Of a stretch of 64,000 nucleotides of DNA, positions 55,010 through 62,907 are shown piece by piece (position 1 is the first letter of the stretch; each line of letters begins with the position of its first letter). Below the pieces are notes generated by a model that did no database searches, was not told the DNA's origin, and saw only the letters and a program-made list of their open reading frames with translations. The stretch covers positions 62,001-126,000 of IMG/VR virus record IMGVR_UViG_3300024239_000014; one strand, given 5' to 3'. Made by a program: the position numbers and the translations under genes.

Positions 55010-56527
55010 TCACGGCTGAACCAGAAAACCACTCCGATTGTTAGCGCTGTCCTGAATGTTGACGCTGATGGGATTGGAACCATTTTTAATGGTTTTGATG
55101 CGCGATATTTCGCCACGGTAGCGCAGTAGCCCAACCATTAACCGTGTCAGCTTGTCGCAGTAGTTGGCAAATTCCATGGTTGTCGTCACCCTAACGGTGT
55201 AGTCGGTCGTTTCAGCGTTCTCGATGATAAGTACGAGGTCGTCCGATGGAGATACACCAACGTAAGCAACATCAGCGCATATGCCGCGGTGACGGTCTGT
55301 CGGTACCACTTCGAGACGATGAATCGCCGGGTGCTTCGACGTACCAGCAATAACATCACTACCTTCGTAGACTTCGGGTCCGACCATCAACCGGTATCCC
55401 CGGTATTCGCCGTTCTTGATGTTATCAAGAAATTGCCGTTTAGTGATGATGCCTTGTTCTTTTCCAGCTACTGGTTCAGCCAGACCTAGTAACAGATTCA
55501 CTGCTTCTTCGGTGTTGTACGGCGATACGGCTGTTTGAGCGGTTGAATAGTGCTCCTTCAGTCCCGCAAGAACATCAGTTACCGTGTAGTCCGGTGCACA
55601 CATGAGGTCGTCGAGACTACCGCGTTGTTTGAGGAGTTCCAACAGTTCCCGGCTATGGTTCTTCTCGATGGGAATAGCACCCTTGGAACCAACAATCATC
55701 CCGTCGGCACGGAGTGCCTGCAAGGTCCCGTATTCCAACGAAAACGGGCCTCTAAGGACTCGCATAGCAACCTTGAAGAACTTGGGTCCATGAGTTACAT
55801 GTAACGCCATGGCGAATTTGTCGAGCGGTGTCAGGCCAGTACGTCTTGCCCGGCAGAAGCTTTTTAACAACAGCGTTGCTTTGGCGATATTTTCGAAACT
55901 GTCCACGCCCAGACTATTGTAAGTTCTCAGGATTTCTTCCAGAGCTTCGTCCGACGCATTCAACAGTGGGCCGATGTCGTCAAACATTTTGGTGTTGGAT
56001 AGAAAGTTACCGATGTGGAAATAGTAGTTGTAAACATCGGTACTGTAACCACTCCAGTGACCCAAGTGCTTACGAGTCGTGTCCTTGGCAGCGCTATAAA
56101 GCACTTTTCGTTGATTATTCACCGCTTTTGCAAAGACCATACCCAGTTGCAGTTCAAAGTCATTCGCATTGATGACATCAATCACGGCACTGACGGCATC
56201 GCAATATGGTTGTGGGAGTGCCTTGGCGTTGGGCCACATGAGACAATGCAGCTTGAACATGTTTGGTTCTGCTTCAGGGGTATGTACCGCAGTGCAGATG
56301 TTTCCAATCAGTTCCATTACGCTTCGACATGCCTTGCAACGCCACACCTGCCGGTATTCTTCCGGCAACGCGTCGATGAACACATCAAAGAGTTCGGCAC
56401 CGCTAACCTTTGAACGGATCAGCGGTATCGCAGTCTTCTTTTCCCTTAACAGCATCAGCGTATTCAGCGACTGATTGTTGAACGCCTCGATGATAGCCGA
56501 TGCAGTAGAGATAATTTCTGTATTCAT
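55010..56527 (-). CDS. Hypothetical protein with CxxC in N-terminal domain
   Basis: 505 aa; RSKVSG..FIDALPEEYRQVWRCKACR..GN..WPN..LPQP. Confidence 0.75.
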   Translation of the reverse strand: MNTEIISTASAIIEAFNNQSLNTLMLLREKKTAIPLIRSKVSGAELFDVFIDALPEEYRQVWRCKACRSVMELIGNICTAVHTPEAEPNMFKLHCLMWPNAKALPQPYCDAVSAVIDVINANDFELQLGMVFAKAVNNQRKVLYSAAKDTTRKHLGHWSGYSTDVYNYYFHIGNFLSNTKMFDDIGPLLNASDEALEEILRTYNSLGVDSFENIAKATLLLKSFCRARRTGLTPLDKFAMALHVTHGPKFFKVAMRVLRGPFSLEYGTLQALRADGMIVGSKGAIPIEKNHSRELLELLKQRGSLDDLMCAPDYTVTDVLAGLKEHYSTAQTAVSPYNTEEAVNLLLGLAEPVAGKEQGIITKRQFLDNIKNGEYRGYRLMVGPEVYEGSDVIAGTSKHPAIHRLEVVPTDRHRGICADVAYVGVSPSDDLVLIIENAETTDYTVRVTTTMEFANYCDKLTRLMVGLLRYRGEISRIKTIKNGSNPISVNIQDSANNRSGFLVQP

Positions 56528-56541
56528 GTCCCAGACCCCAG

Positions 56542-56889
56542 TTAATTCACGTTGACGTTAAACCAACCGAAGTCGGTTGTGACTTTATACACGCGTTCTT
56601 TGAACGCATTTTCGGCTTCCGTAAGGTCACAGACTCCGTCATCACGCAGTCGTTCTACAGTGGCCGACAATACACCCGGACCGTCTACCTCGTACAGTGC
56701 AAATCCGACGGTAGTCCTGACCGAGTCAAAGGTTGTATAGCCGCGTTTCTTCTTTGACAGGAACGCAGCCAGGTCGGTCTCCTTTGAAAACCGAGTCTTG
56801 CGGAAATGGCGGTGCAGGACTTCCTTCAGGTAATCCAAATCGCGTTTGATTACCGCCATTGCATTGAGGTTCGGCTTGTGCTCGGTCAT
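56542..56889 (-). CDS. Hypothetical protein
   Basis: 115 aa, AGGAGG SD. Confidence 0.75.
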   Translation of the reverse strand: MTEHKPNLNAMAVIKRDLDYLKEVLHRHFRKTRFSKETDLAAFLSKKKRGYTTFDSVRTTVGFALYEVDGPGVLSATVERLRDDGVCDLTEAENAFKERVYKVTTDFGWFNVNVN

Positions 56890-56906
56890 AGACCCTCCTT
56901 AACACG

Positions 56907-57581
56907 TTATTCGGCTTTCGGACGATACCGCATCCACTTCAAGGTGGTGAGTTTGGGACGAGGCGGCTCAGCATCACCGTAGCGCTGGCTCTTCACTGCA
57001 CTATTGAACTGCTGAAAGACCTTGACTTTGATCGGTTTACCGTCTTTGTAGTTTTCAACCAGGACTTTGTCCTCGACATCCGTGTGCACGAACGTGCCTT
57101 TGATCACGCTGTCATCGTTGCTGTCGAAGTAGGTATCAGCTTCCCAAGTACCAGGTACCTGCGTGATAATCAGCTTCTCCACCATGTTACAGACGGAGTT
57201 ATACAGCTTCGCACCACCGATGAAGAAGATCGTCTTCCCTGGATACTCGGCATACGCCTTACCAAGCGCAGCGGGGATAGAATGCACGAAATGCAGCGGG
57301 CTATTTTCATACACGCCATTGAGCTCAATGGCAGGCAGGGTGGTCGATACGACGATGTTCACACGGTTCTTGAGCGGGGTCTCGTTCAACGATTCCCAGG
57401 TGTTGCGCCCCATGACCACGATGTGGTCGGTTGTCGTTTCACGGAAGTGCTTCATGTCTTCCTTGATCCGCGGCCAGGGAAGATCGTTATTCAGGCCGAT
57501 CTCACCGTTGTCACCGTGGGCAACAATCAATGCGGTATTCGGCCAGTAGTTCTTCTGAGAAGTCTTAGTCATCTGAGCCAT
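56907..57581 (-). CDS. folA: Dihydrofolate reductase with C-terminal extension
   Basis: ALIVA..IGLNNDLPW..EDMKHFRETT..VVMGRNTWESL..PLKNRVNIV..FIGGAKLY..ADTYF. Confidence 0.96.
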   Translation of the reverse strand: MAQMTKTSQKNYWPNTALIVAHGDNGEIGLNNDLPWPRIKEDMKHFRETTTDHIVVMGRNTWESLNETPLKNRVNIVVSTTLPAIELNGVYENSPLHFVHSIPAALGKAYAEYPGKTIFFIGGAKLYNSVCNMVEKLIITQVPGTWEADTYFDSNDDSVIKGTFVHTDVEDKVLVENYKDGKPIKVKVFQQFNSAVKSQRYGDAEPPRPKLTTLKWMRYRPKAE

Positions 57582-58041
57582 CCTTCAATGAAATCGGTGT
57601 GAATGTGGAGGGCGTGGTTACCGCAACAGTAGCAGCTTCAGTCGGTCTATTCCGTGCTCGATGGTCGACGGTCACGATGTACACGTGCGAGTCTTTGTTG
57701 CGCAAAGACCGTATCGAAAAATCAAGCAGGCCAACCATCTCAGCAGTATAAAGCTCGGTGTACCGAACCTTAATGAACAGCTTTTCTACGATACCTTCGG
57801 CATCGTACATAGGCAATGCATCGACAATCGCGAGATCGCTGGTGTCACCTTTTAATTCAACCACAGAAAGTCGTTGATTGAGTTTAGGGAAGTAATCACT
57901 CTGCGAGGTATCGACCTGCGACATTATTACATCAATGTCTTCAGAAACGGTAGGAAGACGATGTAGGAAATCTTCCATTGTCATCTTCCGAAGCACACCG
58001 GTGTCGATGTGCACAGGTAACCAATCGGATACCGTATTCAT
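57565..58041 (-). CDS. Hypothetical protein
   Basis: 158 aa, overlaps the DHFR start. Confidence 0.7.
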   Translation of the reverse strand: MNTVSDWLPVHIDTGVLRKMTMEDFLHRLPTVSEDIDVIMSQVDTSQSDYFPKLNQRLSVVELKGDTSDLAIVDALPMYDAEGIVEKLFIKVRYTELYTAEMVGLLDFSIRSLRNKDSHVYIVTVDHRARNRPTEAATVAVTTPSTFTPISLKDGSDD

Positions 58042-58044
58042 GAT

Positions 58045-58218
58045 TCATTCCTTGGTAAGGGATTTAACACGCGAATCGAGGTAGCGAGCACCGGAGACCA
58101 ACTCCTGCGCCAACTTCGCTTCCTCAACGGGTAAGGTATCGTCCTTTTCAATCTGATTGGCTACATAACGCATGCGGCCTGTCAGATTGCGCAGTCTTGA
58201 CAGATGTTTCTTGTTCAT
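58045..58218 (-). CDS. Small hypothetical protein (57 aa, not in ORF track)
   Basis: MNKKHLSRLRNLTGRMRYVANQIEKDDTLPVEEAKLAQELVSGARYLDSRVKSLTKE; fills the gap with 3-nt spacers on both sides. Confidence 0.65.
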   Translation of the reverse strand: MNKKHLSRLRNLTGRMRYVANQIEKDDTLPVEEAKLAQELVSGARYLDSRVKSLTKE

Positions 58219-58221
58219 GTG

Positions 58222-58701
58222 TCAATGCATCGCTGTTGATCTAACCGGCGAGAGCGATAATTCCGTGATGAAGTACTCGTCCGTCCACGAGTGACTGCGT
58301 GTCATCGAGTTTTCTTTATCGAGACCAAGCTCGTTGTTGATCGCATTTAGATACAGAGTTACCGCGTGGTGCTCAGGATAATCGAACAGTGTCGCTGACA
58401 TCGTGTACAAGTCATTGACGTCGGCAATCTCAAGGGACTCCATCGCAGCGGTAACATATTCGCGTGGGATGGCGTAAAGATGACCAGACACTTCGTCGGT
58501 ATCCAGAGACGACATCCCTGCCCGTCCTACACCGTGGTTATTGCCTATACAGATGGCAGCGGTGCCCAGCTCATTAACGACCCCTGCACCGAAGACATTT
58601 TCGAATAAGGCGTTGACGTGGTGACCGGAGAATAACCCCGATTCTGTAGAACACGCCGAATCAAGCGCATCAGCGTCCATAAAGACGTTGTACTGTTTCA
58701 T
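58222..58701 (-). CDS. Hypothetical protein
   Basis: 159 aa, acidic. Confidence 0.7.
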   Translation of the reverse strand: MKQYNVFMDADALDSACSTESGLFSGHHVNALFENVFGAGVVNELGTAAICIGNNHGVGRAGMSSLDTDEVSGHLYAIPREYVTAAMESLEIADVNDLYTMSATLFDYPEHHAVTLYLNAINNELGLDKENSMTRSHSWTDEYFITELSLSPVRSTAMH

Positions 58702-58715
58702 GATATCTTCACCCC

Positions 58716-58901
58716 TTAACCTTGTTTGATGACACTGATGTCAATGACTTCGGCATCAGTGCTGTTTTGTAGCCGACATTCAATCCGACCATCGGGTAAC
58801 CGTTTGAAGCTGACTTCATCCCAACTACCGTCAGGACAGTCAAGCAATAAGTCACGGATCTTGTAGATTACGAGCCAGCGAAGCGATTGCAGAAATGCCA
58901 T
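58716..58901 (-). CDS. Small hypothetical protein
   Basis: 61 aa from MAFLQSL; the longer ORF-track start overlaps the real upstream gene. Confidence 0.55.
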   Translation of the reverse strand: MAFLQSLRWLVIYKIRDLLLDCPDGSWDEVSFKRLPDGRIECRLQNSTDAEVIDISVIKQG

Positions 58902-58906
58902 GGGAA

Positions 58907-59035
58907 TTACTCGCGATAGTAGAACCGGTAAATCAGGTACAGAAGCGGGATGACAATGAAACACAGGTACACCCCAACTGACCAGATAAGACCGATTAAC
59001 CACCGGTAAAACCAGCGAATATGCCAGGGTTCCAT
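58907..59035 (-). CDS. 42-aa single-TM membrane protein (not in ORF track)
   Basis: GGAGG SD; MEPWHIRWFYRWLIGLIWSVGVYLCFIVIPLLYLIYRFYYRE. Confidence 0.65.
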   Translation of the reverse strand: MEPWHIRWFYRWLIGLIWSVGVYLCFIVIPLLYLIYRFYYRE

Positions 59036-59048
59036 GTCATCCTCCCGG

Positions 59049-59633
59049 TTACGAAAATAGGTTAACGAACCAGCGACTTAGACGCGTAAGCGGATTGGCC
59101 ACGCGGTCGTATTGCTCGATGATCGGTCGTCCTTGGACGTGAACCAGGTCATCGCGCTCCACTAGCTCGTACAGAAGCGGTTGCTCCGCAGCGTCAAAAA
59201 CAAAGAACAGAAATTCGTATTCTTTGCCTTCAAAAGCAATTACGGTACAACCTACCGAATTAGGAGATAAACGATCCAGTAGTTTGGTGTATCGCGCGGC
59301 TTCTCCGGCGCAGAAGGTCATGTTAGTCATCAATTCCGCATCGTCGTACGGAATGACCGACTGTGCGAAAAGCTTGCAGGTCTCCTTAGCTCGGCTACAC
59401 GCAACAAGTACCAGTGCCTGTTTTGTATCAGGATACTTATCGGTTTTAGCGTGTAGGATAAAATGGTCCACCGTTTCAGGTGCGGGTCCCGTGGTGTAGA
59501 TGTGTAGCTCCAGTCCATCAAGCATTTGCTCCACAGGCTGCCCGAGCTCTTTCAAAACAGCGTGGTGAAATTCAGCCTGTCGGAGAACTGCCTCACACCC
59601 AGCATGCCCTGGGTTGGCGTAGATAAAAAGCAT
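59049..59633 (-). CDS. Hypothetical protein (possible paralog array member)
   Basis: 194 aa; VACSRAKETCKLF motif. Confidence 0.7.
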   Translation of the reverse strand: MLFIYANPGHAGCEAVLRQAEFHHAVLKELGQPVEQMLDGLELHIYTTGPAPETVDHFILHAKTDKYPDTKQALVLVACSRAKETCKLFAQSVIPYDDAELMTNMTFCAGEAARYTKLLDRLSPNSVGCTVIAFEGKEYEFLFFVFDAAEQPLLYELVERDDLVHVQGRPIIEQYDRVANPLTRLSRWFVNLFS

Positions 59634-59664
59634 ACTGGGGGTTCCTTGTGATGTTGTCTTAGCT

Positions 59665-59703
59665 GCATAAAGGACGGAGAGGAAGTCCTCTCCGTCTATG
59701 CCG
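59665..59703. terminator. Hairpin flanked by GCATA and TATGCCG
   Basis: GACGGAGAGG-AAGT-CCTCTCCGTC. Confidence 0.75.
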
Positions 59704-59708
59704 CAGCA

Positions 59709-60323
59709 TTAGGCTTGTGGTGTGCCGTCGATGTTTTCGATGTCGACATCAACGTCTTCAGCAGGTACCTGAATCTCAGCGCCTGCTTGAAGGCCCATGA
59801 AGGTTTTGACTGACTCCAGAGCATCTTTGATGATCAGGAAAATCACATCTTCCTTGGTGTCTTTGTCACTCGGGTCAGCGAATTCAAAGACCTGGAAACC
59901 CACCTTGGCGGAAGTGCCAACCGGAACGCTGAGCAGGTCCAGCTGACGATTGATTTCATCAATCACAATACCCGCATAACCGCTCACCGTTACTTCTTCA
60001 CCTTCTTCGCGGTCGGCGGTGTAGAAACGGTAGACTTCCTCGGCGCTCGGACACACGAAGCCAACGATGACATCGTTACAAGGAGCGCCTTCTTGATCGA
60101 CCACGGCCATAGCGTAGCGTTGTTCCGGGCTGATGCTGCCGGGGGCCATACAGGCCACCGTTACATTAGCCTCAGGGTTTTCGGCATAAAAGGCTTTGAT
60201 GGCTTCATCGTCACAATTGAACATCAACGCCCAGACCAGTGCGCTGGCAATCGTCCCTTCAGGATCGTTGAAGACATAGTTACCTACGGTAGCAGACGGC
60301 ATGAAGTGAATGGTAATGGCCAT
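59709..60323 (-). CDS. Acidic hypothetical protein (paralog array member)
   Basis: 204 aa; FVCPSAEEVYRFYTADRE. Confidence 0.75.
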   Translation of the reverse strand: MAITIHFMPSATVGNYVFNDPEGTIASALVWALMFNCDDEAIKAFYAENPEANVTVACMAPGSISPEQRYAMAVVDQEGAPCNDVIVGFVCPSAEEVYRFYTADREEGEEVTVSGYAGIVIDEINRQLDLLSVPVGTSAKVGFQVFEFADPSDKDTKEDVIFLIIKDALESVKTFMGLQAGAEIQVPAEDVDVDIENIDGTPQA

Positions 60324-60337
60324 GGGTTGCTTTTCCT

Positions 60338-60871
60338 TTATTGAAGAACTTGAGGGGCGGTTGCTGTTTCCAGTGCCGGGAACAGCGACTTGAGAACACT
60401 GACGCCATTGGGAATCTTGGCGAGGTAGGCCCGTTCGATCAGATTGTGGTCGTCGTCGACAAGATCGATGACAATGGTGCCCATGGCGACATCGAAACTA
60501 CCGGTTAAACGTGACAGTGACTCTGTCGCTGAAGCAGAGCGTTCACCGACCACGTGGGCTTCTTTCGACGGCATCGGGATGGCGTCCTGGTTACCACCTA
60601 CTTTTTCCAGAGCAGTCATGTACTCGTCGATTTCCTCGAAATGGCGAGACAGAACGAACAACGTGATGCTGTCGGTATTGACCACATCAGTCAGGATAAC
60701 GGTAAACCCGTTGGGCAGGTCTGTCATCACCAAAGACATGGTGGTGCCGTCTTTGATGTTCTCCTGAGCATACGCAATGCCCAGCAACCGGTCAACCAGT
60801 GCTCTGGAGTTTTCGTTGTGTACGTTATAACCTGCAAAGACGCTATCGGGTTCGATTTTCACAAGGATCAT
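60338..60871 (-). CDS. Hypothetical protein (possible paralog array member)
   Basis: 177 aa; FVLSRHFEEIDEY. Confidence 0.7.
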   Translation of the reverse strand: MILVKIEPDSVFAGYNVHNENSRALVDRLLGIAYAQENIKDGTTMSLVMTDLPNGFTVILTDVVNTDSITLFVLSRHFEEIDEYMTALEKVGGNQDAIPMPSKEAHVVGERSASATESLSRLTGSFDVAMGTIVIDLVDDDHNLIERAYLAKIPNGVSVLKSLFPALETATAPQVLQ

Positions 60872-60878
60872 GGTGGTG

Positions 60879-61364
60879 TTACCGTTTTGTGGGTTGGGGT
60901 TTAATGAACTTCACCAAGATGAGGTTCGTCTTCTTATCGCCATGCTCGACTTCGACGAGCGAGATTTCGTAATCAGGCTTGTTAATCCGTTCACGATACG
61001 TGTGGAGTACCGTGCCGATCCGTTCATTGTGCTCCGCTAAATCGCCAAAGAATTCGTAGGGGTCGTAGATTCCCTCGTTACTGATCTTCTCGCGCGCTGC
61101 CAAGTAGAGTCGGTACCACTCATCCGCACGATCAAAGGCAAATGCCAAGATCAGTGGAATCTGTTTGCTGTTGGCAATCATGAAAGTGGACTTCAATTCA
61201 GACGTTGTCCACTGGGTGGTGTAGGTTTCCAGCTGATAAGACAGGGTCTTACTAAATGGAATCTTCTCTCCTACTTGACGCAGCATCCCGATGACTCGGG
61301 TATTCTGGCCGAAGAAGATAGGTTCAAACGCGCAGTCTTCAAACACAGTGATAATAACGGACAT
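60879..61364 (-). CDS. Hypothetical protein (paralog array member)
   Basis: 161 aa; FAFDRADEWYRLYLAARE. Confidence 0.7.
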   Translation of the reverse strand: MSVIITVFEDCAFEPIFFGQNTRVIGMLRQVGEKIPFSKTLSYQLETYTTQWTTSELKSTFMIANSKQIPLILAFAFDRADEWYRLYLAAREKISNEGIYDPYEFFGDLAEHNERIGTVLHTYRERINKPDYEISLVEVEHGDKKTNLILVKFIKPQPTKR

Positions 61365-61546
61365 AGGTCTTCCTAACGACGGATGCGGATGTATGCGCTC
61401 CTACAGATAATATCTGTTTCAAAAAAATTTACGTAGATTGTCTTAGGGTTGTTATTATGACAGATCCTCGCGTAACTCTATCCGGTATACCGTTACGCAC
61501 TTTAGGGTCGTCGATTTCAAAATCACGTGATTAAGGAACTGAAACA

Positions 61547-62833
61547 ATGTCTAATCTGCTGAAAGATCTGCTGAAGAACCAAGGCCTGGCTCTGGAAAGC
61601 GAAGAAGTGGTCGGCGCCCCGGTGGAAGAAGTACCTGCCGAAGAAGCCCAGGAAGCTACTGACGAAGTCGTGGCTGATGCGGATGCCATCGGCGAAGCCG
61701 GTGCAGATGCCGACAAGGTTGAAGAAGCCGTCGCCTCCCTGGAATCGCTGTGCCTGGCCATGGAAAGCGCCCTGAAGACCACCCGTGGTATGTCTGCTCG
61801 TGAGCTCGCCATGACTCAGCGTGCCGCCGCCTACGCGGTTGCTTCACTGGGCGTCGCAGTACCTTCCCACGCGGTATCGCTGGAATCGATCGAAGAAGCC
61901 GAAGCCCTCCAGGCCGTTGAACCGCCGGTCGCCCCAGTGGCCGAACCGGTCGAAGGCGAAGAACTCGATCCGGCCGTCGTCGCCCGTCAGGAACGCACCG
62001 AAGTCGCTCTGGAAGGTTTCAAGGAAATGGCCAGCAAACTGGCCGAAACCCTGAAAGCTCTCTGGGCCAGAATGAAAAACATGCTGGTCGGCTTCTGGAA
62101 GAAACTGACTGACTGGTCTGGCATCCAGATCAAGCGTGTTGCTGCGCTGAAGAAGAAAGTTGAAGCCGCCAAGCCGGTGAACGGTAAGGTCGACTCCACC
62201 AAGCTGGCGGGTATTTCTTCGTTCGTTGGTGGTAACCTGTCTTCCAGCAACGCAGCGGGCGCTGCTGCCACGCTGGCTTCTGTTACTAACGAAATTCTGA
62301 ACGGTTACGGCAAGAACCTGGTACACGCGTTCCGCGCCGTGGTCACTGCTGAAGGTCAGCAGTCTGACCTCCCCACGCTGTCCGTAAATCTCGGCACTAT
62401 CACCGGTCTGAAGATTGTCGAAAAGGATGGTGCCTACGCCATCGAGACCGTTAAGACCGGCGAAGTCAAAGGTGCAGTACAGGTCGATAAAGCCGACCTG
62501 GAGAAGATCTGTACTTCCCTGGAAGCTGCACTGAAGGCCGTTCAGGCCTACCGCGCGATCTGGAAGGAAACCGAAGGCGCCGCTGAAGCCGCGATCAAGG
62601 CCGTTGAAAACTACGGCAAGAAGACCGAAGGCGAAGCTGCCGGTAGTGCTCTGGCCAAAAACATGGTTAGCGACACCAAGAAGGCAATGAGCGCTGCCAG
62701 CAAACTGCCCGTCTCCTGGGGTAAGGTAGTGACCAACGGCACCAACGGCTTTATTAAGTACGTTGAAAAGGCCCTGAAAGCTACCGGCAAATCTCTCGGT
62801 GAAACTGAAGGCAAAGAGCTCGCTACTGCCTAA
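61547..62833 (+). CDS. phiKZ-like internal head (ejection) protein
   Basis: Acidic propeptide with ALE, SLE, AME, SLE, ALE sites, then the amphipathic helix GFKEMASKLAETLKALWARMKNMLVGFWKKL. Confidence 0.85.
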   Translation: MSNLLKDLLKNQGLALESEEVVGAPVEEVPAEEAQEATDEVVADADAIGEAGADADKVEEAVASLESLCLAMESALKTTRGMSARELAMTQRAAAYAVASLGVAVPSHAVSLESIEEAEALQAVEPPVAPVAEPVEGEELDPAVVARQERTEVALEGFKEMASKLAETLKALWARMKNMLVGFWKKLTDWSGIQIKRVAALKKKVEAAKPVNGKVDSTKLAGISSFVGGNLSSSNAAGAAATLASVTNEILNGYGKNLVHAFRAVVTAEGQQSDLPTLSVNLGTITGLKIVEKDGAYAIETVKTGEVKGAVQVDKADLEKICTSLEAALKAVQAYRAIWKETEGAAEAAIKAVENYGKKTEGEAAGSALAKNMVSDTKKAMSAASKLPVSWGKVVTNGTNGFIKYVEKALKATGKSLGETEGKELATA

Positions 62834-62857
62834 GGCGGACTGATACGTCAGTAACAG

Positions 62858-62886
62858 TACAGGAGGCCGTTAGGCCTCCTGTATTT
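62858..62886 (+). terminator. Hairpin terminator
   Basis: TACAGGAGGCC-GTTA-GGCCTCCTGTA-TTTCCG. Confidence 0.7.
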
Positions 62887-62907
62887 CCGTCATCAAGGAG
62901 TTACGTT

